Below the pieces are notes generated by a model. It had not been told where the DNA came from. It was given only the letters and a program-made list of their open reading frames with translations, and did not search any database. A stretch of DNA of 64,000 nucleotides from NCBI GenBank assembly GCA_034722015.1, contig JAYENI010000081.1, forward strand, positions 6,022 through 70,021. The letters are read 5' to 3'. The position numbers and the translations under genes are program-made. Below are positions 19,997-29,954 of this stretch, in pieces (position 1 is the first letter of the stretch; every line of letters begins with the position of its first letter). The DNA is from Pseudomonadota bacterium. Lineage in GTDB: Bacteria > Pseudomonadota > Gammaproteobacteria > JAJDOJ01.

Positions 19997-20720
19997 AGCG
20001 GCCGGGCGCGAATATTAAACAAACCGTGCCGCATGTCGAAATCTGCGTCTGCCTGCTTGTCCCTTGCGCATCCGACCGGATCGCGGTGGAGCTGGCGGCA
20101 TGTCTGCCGGTTGAGTTCCGGGCGGACCCTCACGGCATGATGGCCGCGCGTCTCGGGCGCCTGCATTCCCTGCTGGCAAGTTTCGGCATGACACCGAGCG
20201 ACCGGACGCGCGTGGCGGTGCCTGAGCCGGTATTTGAGGATTCCGCCACGCGGCGGGTTTTGAAGCACCTCCCTCCCGGAACAACGCTCCCCGCGACTCA
20301 TCGCGGTATCCGCCACCATTTGCGAGCGCTGCCGATATCCCCGTGTCCGTTGCGTGTAACCCGTTGATCGGCAGCCCCCGTTGTGTGACATGCCTGTCTG
20401 CGGGGTTGAAGGGGACAACCCCGACGCACGGTACGGGGCGTGGGTGTCACCCAAATTGGGTGACACCCTCTCGCAGCAATCCGCCCACCGTATCCGCCGT
20501 ATGCACGAAGTATTCGGGATCGCCGCGAAGAAGTCGTCCATATCACGCAGCCCGGCCTAGCACCGCCCCGTCCGGGGTGACTTCGGACATTTCGAGCAGG
20601 TCGGGATGAAGGGGCTTGGCGGACTCCTGGGGTGGTGGAGTCCGGGAGTTTGGCGGCTGGGGAGAGGGTTTGAAGTGCCGCGAATTGGAATTGAGCCGCC
20701 GAAGGTCAACAGGGGGTTAT

Positions 20721-20765
20721 TGGTGGGCGGTACTGGGATCGAACCAGTGACCCTCGCCGTGTGAA
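20721..20765 (-). other. tRNA 3'-end-like fragment (variable loop, T-arm, acceptor 3' strand, CCA); probable att-site remnant
   Basis: Minus strand reads GGTCACTGGTTCGATCCCAGTACCGCCCACCA (T-loop TTCGATC, T-stem ACTGG/CCAGT, CCA end). No D-arm or anticodon arm could be folded upstream. Confidence 0.35.
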
Positions 20766-20830
20766 GGAGGGTCGCTGCGGAAAATACCGTCCATAATTGT
20801 CTACAGACGTCCACTAAGTCATCGTGGCTA

Positions 20831-21493
20831 TTGACCGACCCCCCCCTTCCGTGCATCAATAATCGTCCGCACGAATCCACGCATTATCTGGCGTTTCGTA
20901 CCGGGGCGGTGGCCTCTGACACCGCATGGCGGCGCGTCTCGCCGTTCAAGGGCGTAGGCAGGCCGCGCACGCTGTTCCTTACCGACGTGCAAGTTCGGAG
21001 GCTGTTGGATCACGCTGACGGTGCGTTCCGTGGTCTGTGCGAGACAGTCATCGTCACCGGGGCCAGACCCGGAGAACTCGCCAATGCACGGGTACGTGAC
21101 TTCTCCCGCACGGACGGGACGCTGAGTCTGACCGGCAAGACCGGGCACCGGACGAGCTATCTGTCCCAGCAAGGGTTCGAGATGTTTACTCAGCTGTCGA
21201 GGGGGAAACTGCCCGGCGCATTGCTGTTGCCCAACGACGCGGGGATGCCGTGGCGTAAAGAACATTGGCGCGACTTGATGATGAGGGCAAGGAAGACCGC
21301 CCACCTGCCTGCCGACACGGTGATGTACTCACTACGTCATTACGCTGTGTCGAAGATGCTGGTTGCTGGCGTGGCCCCGCAGGTTACCGCGGAGAACACC
21401 GGCACGTCCATCCGCATGATCGAGCGGCACTACGGGAAATTCACCGCGCTCGACCGTCGCACGATGCTCGACCGGGTGGAGGTCGCGTTATGA
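20831..21493 (+). pseudogene. int: Tyrosine recombinase/integrase, catalytic domain only (5'-truncated)
   Basis: Box I VIVTGARPGELANARVRDF; box II YSLRHYAVSKM...IERHYGKF with catalytic Tyr. At 220 aa it lacks the N-terminal arm/core-binding domain. Confidence 0.75.
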
Positions 21494-21966
21494 GGGATCC
21501 GAAATACATCCGCGAGGTGACGCTCAAGAACGGCAGGTTGGGGGGGAGCGTGGGGGGCGTCTACGTCGCCGACCTCATGCAGGGTTGGGACGAAATCGGG
21601 GAAATACTCTCTGGCTCGGACGCGAGGAACCGTCTCGATGATTTCTTCCGAAACGAAATCGGAAAAAGATTCTCAGGCCCCGAGGCACAAGAACATATCG
21701 ACAGCTATCGGCGGGAGGTCAAAGCCGTCAAAGCGGGCCTAAAGCAAGCAGAAAGTTGTGAGAGGGGAGCAGAGAAAACCAACGAAACCCGACGGGAGCG
21801 GGCGCGGTGGTTGAACGAGCTTGTGGCGGACGAGTACCGGCAGTACAAAGACCGGCACCCCGACTGCACGGCGTCCGACGCAGCCCGGGCGATTCACAAA
21901 AACCACCCGGAGACGTTCGTCAGTTTCGAAGCGGTACGGCAGCGAATCAAGCGGTTGGGTCTCTGA
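21490..21966 (+). CDS. Hypothetical protein (island)
   Basis: ATGA overlap with the integrase stop. 159 aa, charged/helical, no family recognised. Confidence 0.4.
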   Translation: MRDPKYIREVTLKNGRLGGSVGGVYVADLMQGWDEIGEILSGSDARNRLDDFFRNEIGKRFSGPEAQEHIDSYRREVKAVKAGLKQAESCERGAEKTNETRRERARWLNELVADEYRQYKDRHPDCTASDAARAIHKNHPETFVSFEAVRQRIKRLGL

Positions 21967-22092
21967 CGAACGACCAAAGCAAGACGACGAAACGGCTCCC
22001 TCGGGGGCCGTTTTTTGTCGGTCGAAAATAGTTGGTCAAACGCTCTCCGTGTGACCAGACCAGTCGGGCAGACTGGGGGAACCTGTTGAAAA

Positions 22093-22347
22093 ATGGAGGT
22101 TCTTGCAGTGAGGCTCAACGAATTACCCATCGAACGACTGGCGTACAGCCCGGCAGAGTTGGCTGTCGCGACGAGCATCAGCCGGGCACAAATCTACCTG
22201 CTCCTCAACCAACGAAAGATCCGGGCGAGGAAGCTCGGCAAGCGGACAATCATCCTGCGCGCGGATGCGGAGGACTTTCTCGGCCGTCTGGAGGAGATGG
22301 TGGTGGTCGATCCTTCACAGGAGACGGATACAGAGAGGGTTGCGTGA
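22093..22347 (+). CDS. AlpA-like HTH regulator / excisionase
   Basis: YSPAELAVATSISRAQIYLLLNQRKIRARKLGKRTIILRADAEDFL matches the Phage_AlpA/excisionase HTH pattern. Confidence 0.55.
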   Translation: MEVLAVRLNELPIERLAYSPAELAVATSISRAQIYLLLNQRKIRARKLGKRTIILRADAEDFLGRLEEMVVVDPSQETDTERVA

Positions 22348-22889
22348 TGGGCAAGCACCTGACCCCGCTGGATGTCAACGGCACAACCATACATAACCAG
22401 AGTCGCGAGATGTATTCGCTCAATGACCTGTGGGAGGCGAGCGGTGGGAGTAACAGGCACCGGCCCTCTCACTGGTTGAAGCTCAAGCACCCCAAAGAGG
22501 TCATAAAGGAGCTGGAAAACGAGAATCCAAATGCAGGAATCCCTGCAATTAAACCCGTCCAGATCATCGCCGGAAAGTACGGCGGTAGATCGGAGTCGTA
22601 TGCACTCCTCACCGAGACGCAGGCGTACTTCCTCCTGATGCTGTCTCGGAACTTGTCGCCGGAGGGGGGGGCGATGAAATCAATCGCACTGACCCGTGAG
22701 GGCACGTCGTTCCTCGCCGATTCGCGGATGCTCTCGGATCGGTTGAAAATCGCACATCATCAAGTGTACCGGACGATTCTGAAATATGAAGCCGATATTC
22801 GAGACCTCGAAGACGGTCGAATTCTTCGTTTTGAAAGCGAGAAAATAATCTCCGGTCGGGACGCCCGTGCATTGAGGAGAAGACGATGA
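22347..22889 (+). CDS. KilA-N-like domain protein (phage)
   Basis: N-terminal LNDLWEASGGSNRHRPSHWL resembles the KilA-N DNA-binding domain. TGATG overlap with the upstream gene. Confidence 0.4.
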   Translation: MGKHLTPLDVNGTTIHNQSREMYSLNDLWEASGGSNRHRPSHWLKLKHPKEVIKELENENPNAGIPAIKPVQIIAGKYGGRSESYALLTETQAYFLLMLSRNLSPEGGAMKSIALTREGTSFLADSRMLSDRLKIAHHQVYRTILKYEADIRDLEDGRILRFESEKIISGRDARALRRRR

Positions 22890-23434
22890 ACGACGACAAG
22901 AAAGACGACCAGACCCCGACAGGTAGTGGTACTGAAATAGTCGGGCCTGTACCACAGATCATCCCCCTGACTGCCGGAATCGCAGTAGAGCATGGGTTGG
23001 AACGACAGTACGTCTACATTGGCGCAACGCTGGATCTGAACAAGGTCATGCCGAGTGGAGTGAAGTGGCAAAGCTTCAGCAAAAAATACGTGGAGTTCCG
23101 AAAGGTCGTACCCACACCCGGAACACTGAGCGAAGTTGATGACCACGCACGGGCGTTCATCGACTATGCCGGATACACCGAAGCCAAGGCGGAAGGCGCA
23201 GTGGTGTGGGTCATCTGGCGCGTATGGGAACTGAAAGGCAAGTCGAAGCTGATACTAGATGCAGATGCAAGACGCGATGTGCTCAATGCTATCGAAGCCA
23301 GGAAATTAATATTCGTAAATCGAAATAGATCGCAACAAAAAATATCATTGCCACGAAGGATATCGGACTCGGAACACGAAGACAGGCTGGCTACCTTGAT
23401 TGCTGTTGGTAAATATGCCAACATCCATCAATGA
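22886..23434 (+). CDS. Hypothetical protein (island)
   Basis: 182 aa, lower-GC 3' end, no family recognised. Confidence 0.35.
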   Translation: MNDDKKDDQTPTGSGTEIVGPVPQIIPLTAGIAVEHGLERQYVYIGATLDLNKVMPSGVKWQSFSKKYVEFRKVVPTPGTLSEVDDHARAFIDYAGYTEAKAEGAVVWVIWRVWELKGKSKLILDADARRDVLNAIEARKLIFVNRNRSQQKISLPRRISDSEHEDRLATLIAVGKYANIHQ

Positions 23435-23778
23435 GTAAGGATACGAGAGCCATCTCATGGATCAAGGCGGCGCACAAAGAGTTCGGGAGGTTTCCCCAGG
23501 GTGCGCAGACAATCATACTCCGGGCTTTGACGATTGCTGCTGAGGGCAGCAAGGCGGATATAGCGAAGCCGATGAAGGGCCTGGGTTCTGGTGTTATTGA
23601 GGTTGCTCTTGCTTATCGGTCTGATGCCTATCGGACGGTGTACGCCGTTACATTGGGTGAGGATATCTGGGTTGTCCATGCATTCCAGAAGAAGTCCACC
23701 CGCGGCATCAAGACACCGAAGAAAGATGTCGATTTGATCCGTTCTCGGATCAGTCAATTGAAGGAGCAGCTACGATGA
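23431..23778 (+). CDS. higB: Type II toxin, HigB/RelE-like (Gp49/DUF891-type killer protein)
   Basis: ~115 aa. Toxin gene lies upstream of an XRE-HTH gene with a 4-bp overlap, which is HigBA architecture. Confidence 0.65.
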   Translation: MSKDTRAISWIKAAHKEFGRFPQGAQTIILRALTIAAEGSKADIAKPMKGLGSGVIEVALAYRSDAYRTVYAVTLGEDIWVVHAFQKKSTRGIKTPKKDVDLIRSRISQLKEQLR

Positions 23779-24086
23779 CGAAGAAACTGGAAACCGTCAA
23801 TGGCAGTGGTAACGTTTTTCGGGACTTTGGTTATCAAAATGCCGACGTTGAACAACTCAAATCTCAACTGGCGGCTGAGATTATCCGGGTTCTTGATAAG
23901 CAGAAACTTTCTGTTCGCAAAGCAGCGGAAAAGACTGGCTTTGATCATGCGGATTTCTCACGGATCAGGAATGCAGATCTGGGTCGTTTCACTATTGACC
24001 GGCTGGTAACGGTGTTAAATCGTCTGAACCAGCGTGTCGAAATCAAGGTAACGCCTTTTCGTGGAAGGCGACCCAAGACCGCCTGA
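23775..24086 (+). CDS. higA: HigA-like XRE-family HTH antitoxin
   Basis: LSVRKAAEKTGFDHADFSRIRNADLGRFTIDRLVTVLNRL is HTH_XRE-like. Confidence 0.65.
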   Translation: MTKKLETVNGSGNVFRDFGYQNADVEQLKSQLAAEIIRVLDKQKLSVRKAAEKTGFDHADFSRIRNADLGRFTIDRLVTVLNRLNQRVEIKVTPFRGRRPKTA

Positions 24087-24210
24087 TAATGGTGCCAAAT
24101 CAGACCGGCTGGTAAGCAACTAGGCGGTCTGAAGTGGACCCCGAAAATTGGACAGGTTGATAAGTTAAGGAATGCGAGCGCGATTAACCGCAACGCAGAG
24201 GCAATCAACC

Positions 24211-24507
24211 ATGTCAAGAAAACGCAAAATTCATGCGCCCGAGTTCAAGGCCAAGGTCTCCCTTGAAGCGATCAAGGGGATGAAGACCACCAGCGAACTG
24301 GCCAGTCGGTATCAGGTTCACCCGGTCCAGATCAGTGCCTGGAAAAAGCAGGCAATCGAGAGCTTGCCCGAAACCTTCAAGCGGGGCAAGGCAGCGAAGC
24401 AACCCCTCACCGAGCAGGCGCTCACCGCGCCCCTGTTCGAGGAGATCGGGCGTCTGAAACTAAGTAGCCGCGACGTGACGTATAAGACAGTCACCAGTGC
24501 CTCTTGA
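24211..24507 (+). pseudogene. IS3-family transposase OrfA fragment
   Basis: MSRKRKIHAPEFKAKVSLEAIKGMKTTSELASRYQVHPVQISAWKKQ is the IS3/IS911 OrfA HTH. The C-terminus diverges and truncates. Confidence 0.65.
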
Positions 24508-24707
24508 ACACAACGGCAGAAATCAGCTTGTCAATTCCCTGATTACTAGAGTGTGAGCACTAGGCTGAATGAACTGTTAGAAAATTCAACACCTGTAAAA
24601 AAAAGAAATGTAATGGAAAATATAATAGTAATCGGTGGTGGTTTTGCCGGTTTTTGGGCCTATCTAGGCACAGCACGTCTGGTCATAGAGAATGAGGCGA
24701 ACATACG

Positions 24708-25100
24708 ATGAAGGCAATCATCCAGGACAAGTACGGGTCACCTGATGACGTCCTGGAACTCAGAGACATCGACGCGCCGGTTGTCAACGACGATCAGGTG
24801 CTGGTACGCGTTCACGCGGTGGGCCTCCATGCAGGCGATTGTTTCGCTGTGAGATGCGCACCGTTCCCCGTGCGTATGGTCGCCGGTCTGCTCAAACCAA
24901 AATACGGTGTTCCGGGATACGACGTGGCAGGGCGGGTCGAGGTGGTCGGCAGCAATGTGAAGCGATTCCAACCCGGCGATGAGGTGTTCGGTGCGTGCGC
25001 CGGTACTTGCGCCGAGTATGCATGTGCCAGAGAAGACGAACTCGCACACAAGCCCGCGAACCCGGTTACGCCGACTTTCTTTGGTCAGTCGATCCAAAGT
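24708..25100 (+). pseudogene. Zn-dependent alcohol dehydrogenase / quinone oxidoreductase N-terminal fragment
   Basis: MKAIIQDKYGSPDDVLELRDIDAPVVNDDQVLVRVHAVGL... The frame degenerates after ~130 aa. Also a 32-aa NAD/FAD-binding N-terminal fragment (MENIIVIGGGFAGFWAY) at ~24613-24711. Confidence 0.5.
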
Positions 25101-25146
25101 ACACGATATCCGGTGTTTTTCTCCCCAGCGACTGGTGCCGTCGTTC

Positions 25147-25362
25147 TCAGTTTAAGAACGTCATATACCGCCCGATCGAACTACATGCCTGCGCGCTACT
25201 GTCGTAGGCCTTCAGGTAGACCTCCTCGTTCAGACTGCGCCACAGCCGCTCGACGAACACATTCGTGCACTCGTGGAACATGGATCGCTCGCCAACAGGG
25301 AGGGACAGCCTCACCCGTTCCCGGGCAGGATATCGCCGATCGATTTCGGACTCATTTCCCAC
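25147..25362 (-). pseudogene. Transposase C-terminal fragment (DDE integrase core end)
   Basis: NVFVERLWRSLNEEVYLKAYDS resembles the C-terminal end of IS3/IS481-type transposases. Confidence 0.45.
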
Positions 25363-25517
25363 CCGGCAAACCGCCGACTCGCACCGGCATCCACTCCGTC
25401 ACTTGATTCTGGAAAATCTACAGAAATCCTGTCAGGGAATGCCGATCCTTGGAGTCATTTCCCCCCTGTTTTCATCGGTGTGACGACCACGGCGAATCCG
25501 TTCTAACCCGCCTGATT

Positions 25518-25823
25518 TCACGTGAGGCGAGATCGCGGTTTGGAATTGTTGGTCACACGCAGGTAGTCGAAGACAAGTCGGACGTTACGGGCGAGTTTTC
25601 GGATGGTGGCGGCGACGCTGTCGCGGCTTCTGGACTTGATCAGGCCGACGGCGAAGCGTCGCAGGCAGGTGATGTTCGCCGGGCCATGGCCGGTACGCAG
25701 GGTGCAGCGGTCTTCGTCCCAGTTCCAGTCCGGGATGTAGTGGTGGCTTTCGACGCGCCAGTGATGGCGATTGAAGGCCAGTAAGCGGGCAGCATCGGCG
25801 CTCTGTGGGGTGTGGCTGGTCAC
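25518..25823 (-). pseudogene. ISAs1-family transposase C-terminal fragment
   Basis: HHWRVESHHYIPDWNWDEDRCTLRTGHGPANITCLRRFAVGLIK matches the ISAs1 / H-repeat protein C-terminus (RGHWGIEN...DVTF.ED...R.GN.A.N...LRH.ALNLL). Confidence 0.6.
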
Positions 25824-25974
25824 GCCGTAGACGGTTTCGGTAGAAACCGTCTATTGACATCCCAAAAAAGTGGGAATAAGATCCCAAAAAATTATGAGCG
25901 TCCGACACCACTGTGAATGGGGGTTCGCAGGGTCGCTCACAGAGAAAACCTGGATTTCTACAGACCTTCGAATT

Positions 25975-28737
25975 ATGGGAGCAATCGTCGTGATGCCAGT
26001 TCGCCGAACAGATTTCTGCCTCCGCCACTATGTCATTTTGCTTCTGTCTGCAATTTTGCTGCTGGCTTTCAGCGGTTGCGGCGAACAACAGGCGACCGAG
26101 ACGGCCGCGCTCGTTGTTTCGGGCGAGTCGGGTGCGGCTGCAGACAGACGCGACCCGTTCAGGATCGACGAAGCGCAGTGGAAGAGGGAAGAATCCCTGC
26201 TCAGGGTGAAGGGCAAGGGGAACAAGGGAGCCAGCGTTGCGATCTCCAATGCCGATACACTGATCCTGCTGGGCCAGGTCAGGGTTGACGACGAATGGGA
26301 ATTTCGCAACTCCGACCTTGGAGCCGTTCCGTGCCGTGTGAGGGCAGAGCAATCCGATGGGCAGATTGCCGAGATGGCGGTAAAGGATGCACCCGAGGAT
26401 TGTGCAGGTGGCATCGCCGGAGGCCAGCCGGGTGTCGCGAGCGGCTTCGCGCTGCTGGGGGCCAATGACCTGGGTATGCGTTGCGCCGACCTCGACTACC
26501 AGATATTCAGCATCCTTCCGCCGTTCAACGTGGTTCACGCCCAGGCGATCGAGAAGGGTACTTCGAACAGCCTTCCCCGGATCCTTGATGGTACCGAGGT
26601 GGCTGTCACATATCATGCCGCCAGCAGTGCCGACGATCCTGCCGGGGCGGGTTCGATCAACACGACAAGCCAGAATTCACCCGTTGCTTTCAAGTCCAAT
26701 TTCTGGGAAGACAGTGGCCATCCGGTCCCCCTGAGTGGAAGCGCCGGCAACAACTCATGGGGTGGACTGGCTTACGGGCCGCTCTACCCGAGCGTACTGG
26801 CCGGCGCACTGGTCCCGCCGCCTGCCGGCCCCCTGAACCTTGCCGGAGAATGCAGTGTTCCTGCAACCCCCGCCGGTTGCCCCAGCATCCTGAATCTGTT
26901 CGAGCCCTTGCCCGCGGACACCGGGATACCCGTGCCGGACCCCAATGCGCTTTCTCCCGTGGCGGGTTCGCCGGAACTGGTGACCGCGCAGCAACACATG
27001 CCCGGTCCTGCCAACATCCCGCAGGAGTTTGACCGCTTCGACAGGGACCTCGCTTTTTTTGTCGACTTTCCCTTCGGCAGCCGTGTGACGAATGTCAACT
27101 GGTTTGCCGCGGACGGTGTACCAATCATGCCCGTCGACGATGACGGGCGAGGTAACGCCTACCCGTTAATGCAGCTTACCGCCCGTGACAAGGGTACGCA
27201 CGACGAGATGGCTTCGCTGGATGTCGTCCTGCCGGTTGCTTCCGAGGCCGATTGCCAGAACTGTCACGTGGAGCCAATCGACTGTGCGGATCCGTCCCTG
27301 CCGGGCGAGGTGCTTGCCAATTCCGATGCGTGTATCGGCGCGGCAGTGTCTCAAACCACTTTTCAGGTAGAAACGCTGGACGACAACCCCCCGGGAAATA
27401 CGCGACTCGAGCAGTTGCTGAATACCGCCAAGGTCAACGTTCTTCGGTTGCACGACATGAAGCACGGGGACAAGTATCGCAACTGGGACGCTGGAAACAA
27501 TCTTGCTGCCAGGGTATGCGATTCCGTTGCCGATCCCCAGGACCCGGATTGCCTGGCCAACCAGACGCCGATCCAGTGTTCACGCTGCCACTACACCCCG
27601 GCGCTTGATCTGGCCCAGGCGGGTCCGGTTGACGAGCCCGAACAGGGCCTGAACGGCCGCCAGCAGACCGTTCACATCAGCATGTCGCGTGCCATGCACT
27701 TTCACCATGGGAATCTACCGCCGTTCGAAGGCAGACCCCTGTTCCCGGCGATGCCGGCGCCGGATAGTCCCGAGCGATCCGCGGGCGCCCTCGCAGTCAA
27801 CGATTTCGAACAGAAGGTGCTGGGCGAGACCTGCTACCAGTGCCATCCGGGAAAGCGCACCCAGTGTCTGCGCGGCGCCATGTTTGCGGGTGGCGTGGTT
27901 TGTCAGGACTGCCACGGCGCCATGGCGCAGGTGGGTAGCGACTTCACCGGGAATTTTCCGAATACACCGTTTCCGGCAGGTGCGGACCTGAGCAGGCGCG
28001 TACCCTGGGCCATCGAGCCGAAGTGCCAGTCCTGCCATACCGGTGACGCCAACAATCCCGGTCACCCCAATGGCGCCATTGTGGCCGATGACGGTATTCG
28101 TTTGTTGCAGGCGTTCGCGAAAGGCGACGCCGACGCCACGCCCATTGGACGTCCGGACTCCCGATTCGCGGAGAACACGGGCCAGAACGGGAATGGAGAT
28201 ACGGTCGATGTCTTGTATCGCTTGAGTACGGGTCATGGCGGTGTGATGTGCGAGGGCTGCCACAACTCCACTCATGCGATCTGGCCCGTGCAGAATCCGT
28301 TCGCCAACGACAACATCGCGTCCGACCAGTTGCAGGGGCATCAGGGTACCGTCGTCGAATGCAATACCTGTCACGACCCCGAAAACTTCCGGAAGGGAGG
28401 ACTCCTGGATCCGCAGAACAGCGGCGATTTACTGAAGGGGCCGCACGGCATGCATCCGGTGCCGATGGAAACGGGTGGGCTCACAATGACTGCGACTCAC
28501 TTCGTGGATGGCGGCCACGAGGAGATCGCGGAAAATGACAAGGACGCCTGCCGCGCCTGCCACGGAAAAAACGGTGAAGGGACTGTGCTGTCCCGGGTCG
28601 CAGTGAATCGCACTTTTGTCGTCGAAGAATGCAAGAAGGGCGACCTGTGCCCCGGGCAGGAGATCGAGAACTTTACGGTAGAGCTGTCCAGGGGAACGCA
28701 AGTGAGCTGCACGCTCTGCCACGAAAACGAACTCTAG
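25975..28737 (+). CDS. Nonaheme c-type cytochrome lipoprotein (~920 aa; N-terminal ~450-aa heme-free domain)
   Basis: Lipobox LLLAFSGC. Nine CxxCH motifs: CQNCH, CSRCH, CYQCH, CQDCH, CQSCH, CEGCH, CNTCH, CRACH, CTLCH, all in the C-terminal half. Confidence 0.85.
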   Translation: MGAIVVMPVRRTDFCLRHYVILLLSAILLLAFSGCGEQQATETAALVVSGESGAAADRRDPFRIDEAQWKREESLLRVKGKGNKGASVAISNADTLILLGQVRVDDEWEFRNSDLGAVPCRVRAEQSDGQIAEMAVKDAPEDCAGGIAGGQPGVASGFALLGANDLGMRCADLDYQIFSILPPFNVVHAQAIEKGTSNSLPRILDGTEVAVTYHAASSADDPAGAGSINTTSQNSPVAFKSNFWEDSGHPVPLSGSAGNNSWGGLAYGPLYPSVLAGALVPPPAGPLNLAGECSVPATPAGCPSILNLFEPLPADTGIPVPDPNALSPVAGSPELVTAQQHMPGPANIPQEFDRFDRDLAFFVDFPFGSRVTNVNWFAADGVPIMPVDDDGRGNAYPLMQLTARDKGTHDEMASLDVVLPVASEADCQNCHVEPIDCADPSLPGEVLANSDACIGAAVSQTTFQVETLDDNPPGNTRLEQLLNTAKVNVLRLHDMKHGDKYRNWDAGNNLAARVCDSVADPQDPDCLANQTPIQCSRCHYTPALDLAQAGPVDEPEQGLNGRQQTVHISMSRAMHFHHGNLPPFEGRPLFPAMPAPDSPERSAGALAVNDFEQKVLGETCYQCHPGKRTQCLRGAMFAGGVVCQDCHGAMAQVGSDFTGNFPNTPFPAGADLSRRVPWAIEPKCQSCHTGDANNPGHPNGAIVADDGIRLLQAFAKGDADATPIGRPDSRFAENTGQNGNGDTVDVLYRLSTGHGGVMCEGCHNSTHAIWPVQNPFANDNIASDQLQGHQGTVVECNTCHDPENFRKGGLLDPQNSGDLLKGPHGMHPVPMETGGLTMTATHFVDGGHEEIAENDKDACRACHGKNGEGTVLSRVAVNRTFVVEECKKGDLCPGQEIENFTVELSRGTQVSCTLCHENEL

Positions 28738-28769
28738 CAACGATTCCTCCAGGTAGTCTCCTGTTGTAT

Positions 28770-28800
28770 GCGCCCATGTCACCATGGGCGCATTTTTTTT
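28770..28800 (+). terminator. Rho-independent terminator
   Basis: GCGCCCATG-tcac-CATGGGCGC hairpin followed by a T8 run, just downstream of the cytochrome stop. Confidence 0.8.
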
Positions 28801-29030
28801 GGGGATCCGATGCGAGGCACGGCTATTCTTTCCGGCGCCGGGGCAAGGGCCCCGCGCGACTTGATTCACGTCAAGCAGGGACGCGAAAGTTTATTTTTGC
28901 CCGGGGAATCTGTAATCGTACGGATAGTAAATCGGGCCGTGCGGGCCTAGAAAGAATATAGGAGTGGGGGAAAATCGTTGGTTTGACACGATGCGGACTT
29001 CGGTTCGCGGGATGTTAAAGGAGGTGTTCC

Positions 29031-29549
29031 ATGAGAAGGAGAACGTTGGCGTTGTTGTCTGCGCTTGTACTCATCGGTCTTCCGATGAACGCGCAGGCGT
29101 ATTCTGTGGCGGACGTGGCTGGCTGTTACGCCGTGCAGTTTGATGGCCAGGTCTTGCTGGATCCGACCACGGGGCAATTTGTGCCTGAAAACGGGCTGGC
29201 CCGTTTTTGCTCAGACGGCGCAGGGAACCTAACCGGCGTCGTTGGTTACTCAAAGATCGCGGGTTGCGCGCTCGTGACCTACACGTTGGGAGGTCCTTCC
29301 ACGTATACCGTCAGTGAAGGTGGCGGGGGCGTGATATCGATTGATCTCAAGGTCGTTGAGGCAAGGGACCTTTGCCAGGGCGCGGTCCAGTTGCCGATCG
29401 TCGCGGGTGAGAGGGCCGTGATGAGACAACTGTTCTATCTCGACGCCGAAGGCGTCATTCACACTATCGGACTGGATACGGCATTTCCGGACAATCCGGT
29501 CATGCCGTTCCTGCCTGAAGTGTCGTCGGGTACTGCCTGGAAGCAATAG
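29031..29549 (+). CDS. Secreted hypothetical protein
   Basis: Signal peptide MRRRTLALLSALVLIGLPMNAQA. 172 aa, no family recognised. Confidence 0.5.
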   Translation: MRRRTLALLSALVLIGLPMNAQAYSVADVAGCYAVQFDGQVLLDPTTGQFVPENGLARFCSDGAGNLTGVVGYSKIAGCALVTYTLGGPSTYTVSEGGGGVISIDLKVVEARDLCQGAVQLPIVAGERAVMRQLFYLDAEGVIHTIGLDTAFPDNPVMPFLPEVSSGTAWKQ

Positions 29550-29736
29550 CTAGGCACTATGGCCTGAATCGCCGATGCCGCATCGATTGGTACAACCGGT
29601 GAGGGGAGCCGGCGTGACAAGAGGGCCGGGTGGCGCCGGGGAGGCGCCACCCGGTGAAAAAGGGGGTGTTGCTCGTCCGTCATGATCTCCAGTTGGCGAA
29701 CCACGCTGTCCGCGGGTCATTCACCCGTCTCGACGA

Positions 29737-29902
29737 GGGAAGCCAAGGCGATTTCCGTCAAATGACATACCATCCTGTTTGTCTTTTCATCCGTCCTCTG
29801 TGTTGCGTTCAACCGTTCCATCGTTCGTATGCGCCTGTTGTCGCGCCTTGATGACGAACGATAATCCGGCGCGATCCGGTATGTCATTTTCCGGCAATCG
29901 CC
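29737..29902. repeat. MITE-like element copy 3
   Basis: ggcgatttccgtcaaatgacatacc ... ggtatgtcattttccggcaatcgcc. Confidence 0.85.
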
Positions 29903-29954
29903 TAAACTCCGTGCGTAACATCATCCGGGCCGCGATCACGTCGGGAGGGTCGGC

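Larger units (their letters stand above)
20721..25850. mobile_element. Decayed integrative element / genomic island remnant
   Basis: tRNA 3' fragment, then truncated integrase, AlpA-like and KilA-N-like genes, a HigBA-like TA pair and IS/oxidoreductase fragments. Right boundary is approximate (before the cytochrome gene). Confidence 0.55.

Noticed and set aside
20721-21100. Possibility that the tRNA-like end belongs to a tmRNA (ssrA), a classic island integration site
   Set aside because: A ~360-nt tmRNA on the minus strand would have to overlap the integrase catalytic-domain coding region. Only a ~45-nt tRNA-like 3' segment is recognisable.
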